Origin: an uncultured archaeon | Lineage (GTDB): Archaea; Asgardarchaeota; Thorarchaeia; Thorarchaeales; CAZPUN01 | Reading direction: 5' to 3' | NCBI GenBank assembly: GCA_964589775.1 | Contig: CAZPUN010000023.1 | Coordinates: 2,135 to 66,134 of the forward strand | DNA length: 64,000 nucleotides | In this document: piece after piece, positions 10,026-21,507 of the stretch | How the letters are laid out: each line of letters opens with the position of its first letter | Numbering within the stretch: position 1 is the stretch's first letter | Notes under the pieces: generated by a model | Told to the model about the DNA's origin: nothing | The model's input: only the letters and a program-made list of their open reading frames with translations | Database searches by the model: none | Program-made: the position numbers and the translations under genes

Positions 10026-11477
10026 ATGGAGCTAGGACTAATATCAATACTCTTACTAATTCCCTTGATTGCCGCCGTAATTGACTATGCTGGCGGTGTG
10101 AAGTCTCCCAAATTTGCCAAGTACTTTGCAATACTCACCACGACAGTAGTATTCATCTATAGCATGTATTTCCTTATGGTGTTTGATCCTACTAATGGTG
10201 GTATGCAGCTAATAGAAAGTTATGAATGGATGCCTGCATTTGGATTAACATTCTCTGTTGGTCTTGATGGCATAAGTCTTCCATTACTATTGTTGGGTAC
10301 CTTCATGACTATGATTGCAACAGCTGCATCACCTTGGATGATTCACCATCATGAAGCAGAATATTATGGATTGATGCTATTATTTGAAGTAGGACTGTTA
10401 GGTGTCTTTGTCAGCACAAATCTAGTATTGTTCTATGTGTTCTGGGAGCTAGTCCTAGTTCCCATGTTCTTCATGATTGCAATTTGGGGAGGCCCTACAA
10501 GAAAATATGCTGCAATGAAATTCTTCATCTTTACGCATGTAGGTAGTGTGTTGATGCTTGTCAGTATCATGGGCTTTTACTTCTTCTCAAGTCCTCATAC
10601 TTTCAACATTCTACAATTATCCAATGTATTTCCAGCTGATTTGCAGTTCTGGCTTGCATTGGGTATATTCTTCGGTGCTGCATTCAAGCTACCTGCAGTC
10701 CCCTTCCATACATGGTTACCCGACGCACATGTGCAAGCCCCCAGTCCTGCAAGTGTACTACTTGCCGGTGTTCTGCTTAAGATGGGTGGTTATGCATTCA
10801 TTCGTCTTGGTATCGGCTTAGTTCCTCAAGGTATGCTACAACTTGCACCATTCCTTGCGATCATGGGTGTGATCGGTGTATTCTATGCTGCTTATGCGGC
10901 AATGGGTCAAAAGGACATGAAGAAATTAATTGCATTTTCAAGTATTAACCACATGAGCTTTGTACTACTTGGTGTTGCTGCCGGTACTGTAATGGGTATA
11001 GTTGGTGCAGTATTCCAAATGGTCAGCCATGGTGTAATCATCGGTATGCTCTTCCTTATTGCTGGAATAATTCAGCATCATGCGGGTACTCGTGATATTC
11101 CAGTGCTTAAGGGACTTGGCAATTCACTACCAAAGCTTAGTCTTCTATTAATATTTGCATCATTTGCATCATTTGCTGCTCCACCGTTAAGCGGTTTCAT
11201 TGCTGAATTAACTGTATTAATTGCAGCGTTAGTTGTATTCCCACAAATTTGGATTACTGTATTTGGTGCTGCAGTTACCACTGGTCTTTTCCTGTGGCTG
11301 ATTATTAGAACCATTTACAGTGAGCCTGATGAGCATACTGTGAAAGTATCTCCTATTAGCAAATGGGAGTTACTTCCTGTTGCAATCTTAGTAATACCAA
11401 TTGTCCTGCTGGGTCTATTCCCAGGGCTCTTGTTCGAATTGATCAAGGCTACTGCAGGACTGTTAGCGTTTAGGTAA
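10026..11477 (+). CDS. nuoM: NADH-quinone oxidoreductase subunit M (ND4)
   Basis: 483 aa; WLPDAHVQAPSPASVLLAGVLLKMGGY motif. Confidence 0.8.
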   Translation: MELGLISILLLIPLIAAVIDYAGGVKSPKFAKYFAILTTTVVFIYSMYFLMVFDPTNGGMQLIESYEWMPAFGLTFSVGLDGISLPLLLLGTFMTMIATAASPWMIHHHEAEYYGLMLLFEVGLLGVFVSTNLVLFYVFWELVLVPMFFMIAIWGGPTRKYAAMKFFIFTHVGSVLMLVSIMGFYFFSSPHTFNILQLSNVFPADLQFWLALGIFFGAAFKLPAVPFHTWLPDAHVQAPSPASVLLAGVLLKMGGYAFIRLGIGLVPQGMLQLAPFLAIMGVIGVFYAAYAAMGQKDMKKLIAFSSINHMSFVLLGVAAGTVMGIVGAVFQMVSHGVIIGMLFLIAGIIQHHAGTRDIPVLKGLGNSLPKLSLLLIFASFASFAAPPLSGFIAELTVLIAALVVFPQIWITVFGAAVTTGLFLWLIIRTIYSEPDEHTVKVSPISKWELLPVAILVIPIVLLGLFPGLLFELIKATAGLLAFR

Positions 11478-11480
11478 GAG

Positions 11481-12908
11481 GTGACGATAATGGCTGCAGA
11501 ATATCTATCTCTTATGCCGTTTATCACATTGTTCGGATTTGCATTAGTTTCACTTATATTCGGTGGTATCAGGAAATGTAAGATTGCTATCGGCTGGTCT
11601 GCAGTAGGTGTAATCTTAGCATTCTGGCAAACATTATTTGGTGGGTACTTTAATGGTGCCCATCTATTCGATGATACAATAGTAATGGATGCTTTCTCCC
11701 AATTCTTTGTACTACTCTTCCTTGGTGTTGCATTTTTGATCTTAGTAGCTGCACCATACGAAATGAAAGCACGACCTGAGTTTGCTGCTTTAGTCTTGAT
11801 TGCAACGATCGGTATGTCTATGGTTGCACTTGCAAACGATTTATTGGTGCTATTTGTATCATGGGAACTAATGAGCATATCAACATACGCTTTGGCTGCT
11901 CTTGGAAAAGACAAAAAGTCCACTGAAGGTGGTATCAAATACTACCTTTACGGTATCGTTGCATCTGGTTTCATTTTGTACGCTATCTCATTGCTATATG
12001 GTATCACCGGTACTACAAATCTTACTGCAATTGTTAATTTCGTTGCAGCAAATGGTAATTTAGCTTTACCTGTCGTAGGTCTCAGTGCATTCATATTCAT
12101 ATTGGGCTTTGGATACAAGATGGGTGTTGTTCCCTTCCATATGTGGATTCCAGATGCATATGAAGGCGCGCCGTCTGTAATTGCAGGTCTGCTAGCTGGT
12201 GGCTCAAAGAAAGCAAGCATCGCTGCTATGTTCAGAATAATCGTTGCTGCATTACTTGTAATTAACTTTGGCTGGACATTTACGATTGCAATAATCGCTA
12301 CAATCACCATGACCTTTGGAAACTTCTTAGCTTTGAGTGAACCAAAAGTTTCCAGAATGCTTGCATATTCCTCAATCACACAAGTTGGATACATATTAAT
12401 TGGTCTTGCAATTGCAACTACAATTGGAGTAGCAGGTGCACTATTCCAAGCTCTCACACATGCCGTCATGAAAAGTGCTGCCTTTATTGCTGCCGGAGTT
12501 GTTATTTACAAACTATCCTTAAAAACAGTGGATGACTATAATGGTTTAGTAAAGCGCATGAAGTTTGTATCCTTTGCATTGGCTATAATGTTGTTATCTC
12601 TCGCTGGTGTTCCACCGCTCGCTGGATTTATCAGTAAGTTCATTCTTTTCTCGGCAGCAGTTGATGCCGGACTTGTTTGGCTGGCCGTTGTCGGAGTGCT
12701 TAACAGTGCATTCTCCTTAGGTTATTATCTGCGTTTGATCAAAAACATGTTCGTAGAAGATGCACCTGAGGATGCTACGCCTGTCAAGGTTCCCTATGGA
12801 GTCACTATTTCATTAGCTCTTGCAGTAATTGTAATCATAGTTATGGGAATCTATCCCGCACCATTCTATGACTACATAATTCGTGCTGCACAAAGTATAA
12901 TTCCGTAA
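11481..12908 (+). CDS. nuoN: NADH-quinone oxidoreductase subunit N (ND2)
   Basis: 475 aa; WIPDAYEGAPSVIAGLLAGGSK motif; last gene, followed by a T-rich terminator. Confidence 0.8.
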   Translation: MTIMAAEYLSLMPFITLFGFALVSLIFGGIRKCKIAIGWSAVGVILAFWQTLFGGYFNGAHLFDDTIVMDAFSQFFVLLFLGVAFLILVAAPYEMKARPEFAALVLIATIGMSMVALANDLLVLFVSWELMSISTYALAALGKDKKSTEGGIKYYLYGIVASGFILYAISLLYGITGTTNLTAIVNFVAANGNLALPVVGLSAFIFILGFGYKMGVVPFHMWIPDAYEGAPSVIAGLLAGGSKKASIAAMFRIIVAALLVINFGWTFTIAIIATITMTFGNFLALSEPKVSRMLAYSSITQVGYILIGLAIATTIGVAGALFQALTHAVMKSAAFIAAGVVIYKLSLKTVDDYNGLVKRMKFVSFALAIMLLSLAGVPPLAGFISKFILFSAAVDAGLVWLAVVGVLNSAFSLGYYLRLIKNMFVEDAPEDATPVKVPYGVTISLALAVIVIIVMGIYPAPFYDYIIRAAQSIIP

Positions 12909-12940
12909 AAGTACTCTGTACTTTTTCTTTTTTATTTCTA
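12909..12940 (+). terminator. T-rich archaeal terminator after nuoN (short hairpin agtactctgtact plus oligo-T)
   Basis: Sequence aagtactctgtactttttcttttttatttc. Confidence 0.35.
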
Positions 12941-12971
12941 AATAATATTAAAAAAAGGAAGAAATTGTGTT

Positions 12972-13244
12972 TTATGAGTTGGTTTCGCCTCTAACGACTG
13001 TTAGAATTATACTTGTTGTTGTTTTTAAAATCCACTGTTGAGATCGCATTTCTTCGATTGTTTTTGATAGCTCGCTTAATGAGTCAAATTCTGCAATTGC
13101 AAAAAAGTCGTAGTCTCCTGTAACCTCATAGACTTCTTTAGCGGCTTCAAATTTTGATAGGAATTCCTTAGCAATGTTTGACTTCTCCGGTACGACATGT
13201 ATTGTAATAATTACTTTAATTTTTTCACGAACTGATTTACTCAT
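12972..13244 (-). CDS. stand-alone Lrp/AsnC C-terminal (RAM) domain protein
   Basis: VTGDYDFFAIAEFDSLSELSKTIEEMRS is the RAM-domain signature. No HTH half. Start chosen at MSKSVREK. Confidence 0.5.
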   Translation of the reverse strand: MSKSVREKIKVIITIHVVPEKSNIAKEFLSKFEAAKEVYEVTGDYDFFAIAEFDSLSELSKTIEEMRSQQWILKTTTSIILTVVRGETNS

Positions 13245-13263
13245 TTTTACGCACCTTTCCAAA

Positions 13264-14664
13264 TTATACATATAATCCAAAGATTGGCCAATATAAAAGA
13301 ACAACTGCCATTATTACTAATATGGAAACTATTGTTATAATTGTTCCATGTATTGCCATTGTTCTGAATTTCAAGCACCCTCTCTCATAGACTAATAGAT
13401 TTGGTAATGTTTCGATTGGAGTTATAAATGATATATTTGCTGAAATTGCCACGGCCCATAAAAATGGCATTGGATTGAGTCCCAAATCCATGACTGTGCT
13501 GTATGTTAATGGAATCATTAATGCAGTCGTTGCCATGTTATTATTGATGAATTTATTGAGAATTATTGAAAATGTATAGAAGAACAACAATATCCCTAGT
13601 GGTGAATTTATTTGTTTTACAAACGGAATTATCTGCATGGCAATCCAATCAATTGCATGTGTTTTTATGAGTGCAGTCGCTGCGGACATAGTAGCTGCAA
13701 GTAAAAATATAATTCCCCAATTCATCTGCTTTGAATCTGTTTCCCATTTCAAAACGCCAATTCCTGGGAATAATAAGAGTGCAGCAGAAATCAAACACAC
13801 AATTGTTACTGAAATTCCATGAATAAAGTCAGTAGCCCATAAAATTATTGTAAATATGAAGATCACAGTGACTCGTTTTTGTTCAGGAGTCCAGGGTTTT
13901 TTCTCTAGCATTATGTTAAAGAAATCCTTGCCGATCTCTTGATCAAGTCCGCCTTTGAATGTTAATCTGAGGTATATTACTATAAAGATACTAATAATTA
14001 GTGCAAATGGCATCCCCAAAGACATCCATTCAAAATATGTTACAGTATGTCCCGTTACTTCTGTAATTAATCCCGCGCCTAAAGGATTCATCGCACTACC
14101 CGTTAGAAGTCCTGAACCTATTGAAGAGGGTAGGAATGCTGTTTCTAATAAGATCGCTTGTGCAAACTTACTTTCACTTGGAATTCCTAATACACGAATA
14201 AGCATTACAGAAATCGGTAGCAGTATTGCAGTTCTTGCCGTAGTAGATGGTATGAAGAATGCGAAAATGAGATTCATAAGAAATACTGCCATCATTGCAC
14301 CAAAGGGTCCTTTCACACCTGTATGCACTAAAACATACCGAATGATTTTTTTATCAAGTTCGACCTTTGATATTGCCATACCTAATATTAGACCACCAGC
14401 AATTAGCCATGTTGAAGATGCCGAGAATCCACTTAGCGCCGTATGGGTGTCCACAACTTTTAATGCTGCCAGCAAACCCATAACGATCAATGATGAAACT
14501 ACTAAATTAACAGGTTTTGCAATCCATAATATTAAACCAAATGCTATAATTGCGATTGCAAGTTGTCCTTGGTATGTTAAACCTGATGGCGTTGGCATTA
14601 AAGCTATTATTGCAAATATAGCTACAGCTGCAATCATTGAGATTGTATTTTTATTAATCGCCAA
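13264..14664 (-). CDS. ArsB/NhaD (DASS/SLC13-like) anion permease superfamily transporter
   Basis: 466-aa polytopic protein with the duplicated hairpin-motif architecture of DASS transporters. Confidence 0.55.
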   Translation of the reverse strand: MAINKNTISMIAAVAIFAIIALMPTPSGLTYQGQLAIAIIAFGLILWIAKPVNLVVSSLIVMGLLAALKVVDTHTALSGFSASSTWLIAGGLILGMAISKVELDKKIIRYVLVHTGVKGPFGAMMAVFLMNLIFAFFIPSTTARTAILLPISVMLIRVLGIPSESKFAQAILLETAFLPSSIGSGLLTGSAMNPLGAGLITEVTGHTVTYFEWMSLGMPFALIISIFIVIYLRLTFKGGLDQEIGKDFFNIMLEKKPWTPEQKRVTVIFIFTIILWATDFIHGISVTIVCLISAALLLFPGIGVLKWETDSKQMNWGIIFLLAATMSAATALIKTHAIDWIAMQIIPFVKQINSPLGILLFFYTFSIILNKFINNNMATTALMIPLTYSTVMDLGLNPMPFLWAVAISANISFITPIETLPNLLVYERGCLKFRTMAIHGTIITIVSILVIMAVVLLYWPIFGLYV

Positions 14665-14855
14665 AGCTTGTCACCAAATTCCATTTTTGAAATTGAATTA
14701 ACCGCTGCACCATAAGTTTTAAATTTGATGAATTGTTATATTTTGCTGGAGATTGAAATGAGGAATTGTGTTCTATTATTACTATTTTTATAGTTACTCC
14801 TTATTAAGACATATTCTTATCAATTATAAAAGAAACTTTATTCTCGGTGGTTATC

Positions 14856-17747
14856 ATGTATGATTTTCAATCAATAGAAGAAAAATGGCAAAAACGCTGG
14901 GAAGAATCCAAAATATTTGAAGTTGAACATATAAAGAATCGAAAAAAGTGGTTCATTACGGTACCATATCCTTATACTAATGCTCCGCTTCATATTGGGC
15001 ATGGTCGTACTTATACAATTGGAGACATCGCTGCACGTTTTCGTCGTATGCAAGGATATCACGTATTATTTCCAATGGCGTTTCACATGACAGGTACGCC
15101 AGTCCTTGGAGTAAGTAGCCGAATAAAAGAAGGTGACAAAGAGACTATTTCCCTGTATAAGCGATATGTGCGTCAGTATATAACGGATGAAAAAGAGATC
15201 GAAAAAATAGTAAAGTCATTTGAGGATCCCTGGACCACTGCGAAATTCTTTGCTGACCATATTTCTGCTGACTTTAAGTCATTAGGTTATAGTATTGACT
15301 GGCGGCGTCGCTTTACAACTGGTGATAAAATTTACAATCAATTTGTAACATGGCAGTTTCTAAAAATGAATGAGCGCGGCTACATAGTTAATGGAACATA
15401 TCCAATTCTATACTGTCCGCATTGTAAGAATGCTGTTGGTGAAGATGACTTATTAGAGGGTGAAGATGCTTCTGTTCGTGCATTTACAACGATTAAATTT
15501 CCTTTTGATGATAAATTCCTGGTAGCCGCAACCCTTCGGCCTGAAACTATATTTGGTGCAACAAATCTTTGGATAAATCCTGATGTGGAATATGCTGAAG
15601 TGGATGTAAATGGTGAGATTTGGATTATTTCAAAGCGTGCGTATGAAAAATTAACATATCAAAAGAAGGGTATTAAGCTTCTTCGTACCTTTAAAGGTAA
15701 TGAACTTATTGGAAAATCTTGCAAGTCTCCTATATCTGATATCAATTTACCAATATTACCTGCATCATTTGTAGATCCGGATAATGCCACAGGTGTTGTA
15801 TATTCTGTACCTGCACATGCACCTTATGATTATATTGCTCTTAGAGACTTGTGGGAAAATGAGAGTGAAAAAGCGAAGATTGGCAAAGAAATAGTAGATT
15901 CAATTAAGTTGATATCGATTATTTCGATAGAGGGCTATGGTGAGTACCCCGCGAAAGAAATTGTTGAAAAGATGAAAATCAAAAATCAGAATGAGCATAA
16001 GAAATTAGAAGAAGCCACACAAACAATCTACAAAGCAGAATTCTATCATGGAGTAATGAAAGATAATTGTGGCCCATTTAAAGGCAAATTAATTCGAGAC
16101 GTTAAAGAAGACGTTATCGACTGGCTTAAAAAAGATAATATCTCTGATGACTTTTATGAGCCTGACAAAAAGCCAGTTACTTGTCGATGTGGCACTCCCG
16201 TATTAGTTGCAGTTTTAGCAAATCAATGGTTCATAGATTATAATGCGAAAGGTTGGAAGGATCTTGCATATAAAGAACTGCATGAAATGGAAATTGTCCC
16301 ATCTGTATATCGTACATTGTTTGAAAACACATTTGAATGGCTAGATCGTCGTCCATGTGCTCGTAGACGTGGTATTGGAACGAAACTTCCATTTGACAAG
16401 GATTGGATAATTGAATCGCTCTCAGATTCTACGATCTATATGGCGTTTTATACAATTGCCCATATTATTCATCGAAACAATATTCCTCCTGAAAAACTAA
16501 CTCCAGAATTATTCGATTATGTATTTCTAGGTCGTGGATCATCATCAAAATTGTCAAAGAGTCTTGACTTGCCTAAACAAGTAATTGAAGAAATGCGACA
16601 AGAATTTGACTATTGGTACCCATTGGATCAACGTCATACAGCAATCAGTCATATTACAAACCATCTGAGCTTCTTCATTTTCCATCATGTAGCGATATTT
16701 CCAGAAGAAAAATGGCCACGCGCAATTACACTTAATGAGCATGTAATTCGTGAAGGTCGCAAAATGAGTAAAAGTAAAGGTAATGTCATTCCACTTGTGG
16801 ATATTCCAAAGAAATATGGGGTTGATCTATATCGCCTTTATGTTGCAGTATTTGCGGATCTTGCAACAATTATCGATTGGAAAGAGAAAGACGTTCCATC
16901 TGTCCGAAGCAAACTTACACAGTTCTGGAATTTATCTAATCAAATTCTTGAAATGAATCACGACGGAAATCTAACGACGAACTACACACCTACAAAATGG
17001 TTACTCTCTACAATTAATACGATTATTAAAGAAGCAACCAATGACCTTGAGCGCTACAGATTTCGAGACTATGCACTAAAAGTCGCTTATGAAATGCCAA
17101 AAATTATTTCAAAATACCTTAAGCGAACTGAGGTTGATATATCTGAAAAAGGTAATGCGCTGTGGTATACATTAGATCGCTGGGTCCGATTGATGGCTCC
17201 AATAACGCCTCATATATGTGAAGAAATCTGGGAGAAGATGGGTAACTCTGAGTTTGTATCTTTAGCAAAATGGCCTACTCCTGATGAATCACTAATTGAT
17301 AAAAATGCAGAACTCGGGCAGATTATAGTCGACAACTTAGTCAATGATATTCGTGAGATCCTTAAGCTAATTAAGGATAAAGCACCTAAAAAGGCGCACA
17401 TCTATATAGCGCCGGAATGGAAATACGATGTGCTTAGACGCCTATCCCAGTATGATGGACCACTTACAATAAAAGAAATGATGCCATATCTTCTTAAAAA
17501 TGCGGAATTGAAGAGATATAGTAAGCAATTATCGCCAATAGTGCAGAAAATAGCAAAAGAAAACAGTATATGGACATTCTTGCCTTCTGCAGATGAAGAG
17601 TATAAAGTATTTCTCGGTGCAAAAGATTACATTAGCGCCGAAACTGGCATGGAAATTGAAGTTTACTCCCCAGAAAATATTTCGTATGATCCCGCAAAGA
17701 AGTCTAAGCATGCATTACCTGGGCGCCCCTCCATATTACTTGAATAG
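14856..17747 (+). CDS. leuS: leucyl-tRNA synthetase, archaeal type
   Basis: PYPYTNAPLHIGHGRTYTIGD (HIGH) and KMSKSKGN motifs. ATG at 14856 preceded by ggtgg. Confidence 0.9.
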   Translation: MYDFQSIEEKWQKRWEESKIFEVEHIKNRKKWFITVPYPYTNAPLHIGHGRTYTIGDIAARFRRMQGYHVLFPMAFHMTGTPVLGVSSRIKEGDKETISLYKRYVRQYITDEKEIEKIVKSFEDPWTTAKFFADHISADFKSLGYSIDWRRRFTTGDKIYNQFVTWQFLKMNERGYIVNGTYPILYCPHCKNAVGEDDLLEGEDASVRAFTTIKFPFDDKFLVAATLRPETIFGATNLWINPDVEYAEVDVNGEIWIISKRAYEKLTYQKKGIKLLRTFKGNELIGKSCKSPISDINLPILPASFVDPDNATGVVYSVPAHAPYDYIALRDLWENESEKAKIGKEIVDSIKLISIISIEGYGEYPAKEIVEKMKIKNQNEHKKLEEATQTIYKAEFYHGVMKDNCGPFKGKLIRDVKEDVIDWLKKDNISDDFYEPDKKPVTCRCGTPVLVAVLANQWFIDYNAKGWKDLAYKELHEMEIVPSVYRTLFENTFEWLDRRPCARRRGIGTKLPFDKDWIIESLSDSTIYMAFYTIAHIIHRNNIPPEKLTPELFDYVFLGRGSSSKLSKSLDLPKQVIEEMRQEFDYWYPLDQRHTAISHITNHLSFFIFHHVAIFPEEKWPRAITLNEHVIREGRKMSKSKGNVIPLVDIPKKYGVDLYRLYVAVFADLATIIDWKEKDVPSVRSKLTQFWNLSNQILEMNHDGNLTTNYTPTKWLLSTINTIIKEATNDLERYRFRDYALKVAYEMPKIISKYLKRTEVDISEKGNALWYTLDRWVRLMAPITPHICEEIWEKMGNSEFVSLAKWPTPDESLIDKNAELGQIIVDNLVNDIREILKLIKDKAPKKAHIYIAPEWKYDVLRRLSQYDGPLTIKEMMPYLLKNAELKRYSKQLSPIVQKIAKENSIWTFLPSADEEYKVFLGAKDYISAETGMEIEVYSPENISYDPAKKSKHALPGRPSILLE

Positions 17748-17949
17748 TGCGCCCTTTATCCTATTTTTCTTAAAATATATTACTTTTACAAATACCAAGT
17801 TCTTAATTGACGAACTCTTCGATTTTTATTGAATTTTATAATATTTATTTTACAAACATCGCTCTAATGTGCCCTTCAAACAGTCTGCGTTCATTAAAAA
17901 GCGCCTATCATATCAATTGGCATATTTTGCCAAAAAATTATTTCTGTCA

Positions 17950-17975
17950 TTACAGAAAGGTTTTTATTATAACTG
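17950..17975 (+). promoter_or_regulatory. candidate TATA/BRE promoter of the 16S rRNA transcription unit
   Basis: tttttattataa box about 450 nt upstream of the mature 16S 5' end. Base composition shifts to GC-rich immediately downstream, consistent with a long transcribed leader. Confidence 0.3.
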
Positions 17976-18417
17976 TAATTGATGATAATTGCTTATTATC
18001 CGTGGCGGCGGATAAATGCGCTAAGTGTGCAGGCGCAAAGAGCACGAAACGAAGAGTTTAAGTGCAAATGTTGTGCCTGTTCTGTATGCAAATTATGTCC
18101 GCTTCGGATATGTATATGCAAATATAATGAAAACGCCACGAGTTCGGCAAGATGTGCCGAATACGTAGGTCCGGACGTGGGCTGCATAGCCTGGGATGAT
18201 GGACTGAATTCCAAGCGTGGCGATAATAGATGCGGACTCAAGAAAACGGGTATGAAAAATACTCGGAACCTTGAGATCTAAGATACGCTCAAAGATGTAC
18301 ATTGAAGGGTCAATGTGCCCGTCAATTCCCTAAATTGACATGAAAGGGCCAGTACTTCAAGTAAACATCCTGTGCAGGTGCTGCACGATATCCTCCCTTG
18401 CCAGGAGCGTGCAGCGA

Positions 18418-19919
<1,502 letters not shown>

Positions 19920-19984
19920 TTGAGTATTGATGAGGAGTAAATCTCCTCAGCCCTAATGTCAGGGCACAAACCCTTGTACATCTT

Positions 19985-20020
19985 TGAGCGGCCTGATTTA
20001 CTTTTTGATTTTTATGAAAT
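19985..20020 (+). terminator. T-rich tract downstream of the 16S rRNA
   Basis: Sequence gatttactttttgatttttatg. Confidence 0.3.
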
Positions 20021-20148
20021 TTGGACTTAATGTGATGACTATGTTCTTGAGTAGATTTCGCTATTTTTGTTGTATTACACTAGTTTATTTCATAAAGTGT
20101 ACATGTTAATAATGTCAATCAGTCAGTAGTAGATTAAGGTGAATATCT

Positions 20149-21078
20149 TTGGTCAAGGCAAAAGTACATGAGATTGAGATTGATATACGAAGTAATACAT
20201 TGATCGGAATGTATCAATATGGTGAGACGCCCTCGCGATTACTCATAATTAGTGGGTTACGCGGTGATGAGGGTAGTAGCATATTTGCGTCCTATCACTT
20301 GATGAAGTTACTTGATGCTGTTGATACATTAAATGGAACTGTTTCGATTATACCTGTTGCAAATCCTTTGGCGTTTCGTCTAGGTCTTCCTGCATCACCT
20401 ATAGATCATCTATTATTGGACAAAGAGTTTCCCGGACGGAAAGATGGAAGTATTACGGAACGATTAGCATGGGAATTATGGAATATTGCAAAAGAATACG
20501 ATTATGTTATTACATTACATTCAAGTTTGAGTAATAGCGTTTTGTTTGGCAGGTGCATGTATGAAGATAATCCATCTATGCGTGATATTTTTGCAAGCAT
20601 GAACCTACCATATATTGTACATGATGCTGGTGAGCCGGGCAAACTATTTGTTGAGGTTTCTCGATATGGTATTCCTGCAATTGATATTGTGATACCCGGC
20701 AATGGCTCAATAATTGATCCTCGTGCATCAATGAAAGTCGTTGATATATTACTTGAATTTTTAAGTACTAATGGCTGGTTGACAAAATCCGAAGTCACAT
20801 ATTCTCCCTCATTTCTAGGGCGTACTACTAAAATTATTGCTCCTGCTGAGGGCTTTTTCTTACCTGCAAAAGAGCCTGGCGAAAAGATATTAAAAGGTGA
20901 ATCCATTGGTGCCATTGAAGGTGCAGGAGAACTTACAGTGCCAATATCTGGCCTGATATTATCTGTAAATTACAGCCGATATGTATTCAAAGGAGATTTC
21001 ATCGCAGAGATTGCAATGCATGATTCGCAACAACCTGCCGTAAGACGACAACCAATTCGCATTAAGGAAGGTTTGTAG
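20149..21078 (+). CDS. succinylglutamate desuccinylase/aspartoacylase (AstE/AspA) family protein, N-terminal metal motif degenerate
   Basis: M14-like fold signals (ITLHSS second His region). The usual HGNE motif is replaced by RGDE. TTG start. Confidence 0.5.
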   Translation: MVKAKVHEIEIDIRSNTLIGMYQYGETPSRLLIISGLRGDEGSSIFASYHLMKLLDAVDTLNGTVSIIPVANPLAFRLGLPASPIDHLLLDKEFPGRKDGSITERLAWELWNIAKEYDYVITLHSSLSNSVLFGRCMYEDNPSMRDIFASMNLPYIVHDAGEPGKLFVEVSRYGIPAIDIVIPGNGSIIDPRASMKVVDILLEFLSTNGWLTKSEVTYSPSFLGRTTKIIAPAEGFFLPAKEPGEKILKGESIGAIEGAGELTVPISGLILSVNYSRYVFKGDFIAEIAMHDSQQPAVRRQPIRIKEGL

Positions 21079-21079
21079 T

Positions 21080-21505
21080 ATGGTCGGCAAATATGATCTT
21101 ATGCGTTCGAACGTAGGTAATCGTGAAGCCAGAAAGAAAAAAGGAGTCATCGTCTATGGGAGTTGTGTTCCTACACAATTTCCTGATTTGTTTAATGAAG
21201 TCTTTGAGCAATACAAATATCCAGCATTTGATGTATGTTTAGAAACTGTACATATGAATATGGCGGGCTACAAGCTAGCTTCGCTCATCTCATATTCTCA
21301 TGTAGAAAATGTAATTGTTTTAACTGTTGATGGGTCTCCACATTGTATTCAATTGCACTATTTAGTTGAAGACATAAAGAAGCATTTTCTACATAATATC
21401 AACACAAAACATCTAGTAATTGAAAAAGGTGTATTGTATGAAGTCTCTGAACGCGCAGTAAGAAAATCCAGACATCTTAAGGCACTTGAAAAAATGGATT
21501 CATAA
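21080..21505 (+). CDS. hypothetical protein (141 aa, Cys-containing)
   Basis: ORF tightly coupled to the upstream gene (1-nt spacing); no recognisable family. Confidence 0.3.
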   Translation: MVGKYDLMRSNVGNREARKKKGVIVYGSCVPTQFPDLFNEVFEQYKYPAFDVCLETVHMNMAGYKLASLISYSHVENVIVLTVDGSPHCIQLHYLVEDIKKHFLHNINTKHLVIEKGVLYEVSERAVRKSRHLKALEKMDS

Positions 21506-21507
21506 AA

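Noticed and set aside
11315-12469. Two long minus-strand ORFs (207 and 173 aa) antisense to nuoM/nuoN
   Set aside because: Low-complexity, Ala/Ile/Asn-rich translations typical of reverse-frame reading of AT-rich membrane-protein genes.
13955-14701. 248-aa plus-strand ORF
   Set aside because: Antisense to the well-formed permease gene (13264-14664); no recognisable motif.
17593-18302. Several 60-100-aa ORFs between leuS and the 16S rRNA
   Set aside because: They fall in the GC-rich rRNA leader/promoter region, overlap one another in different frames, and have no RBS. Most likely non-coding precursor-rRNA leader.
20502-20915. 137-aa ORF antisense to the AstE/AspA-family gene
   Set aside because: Shadow ORF with no features.
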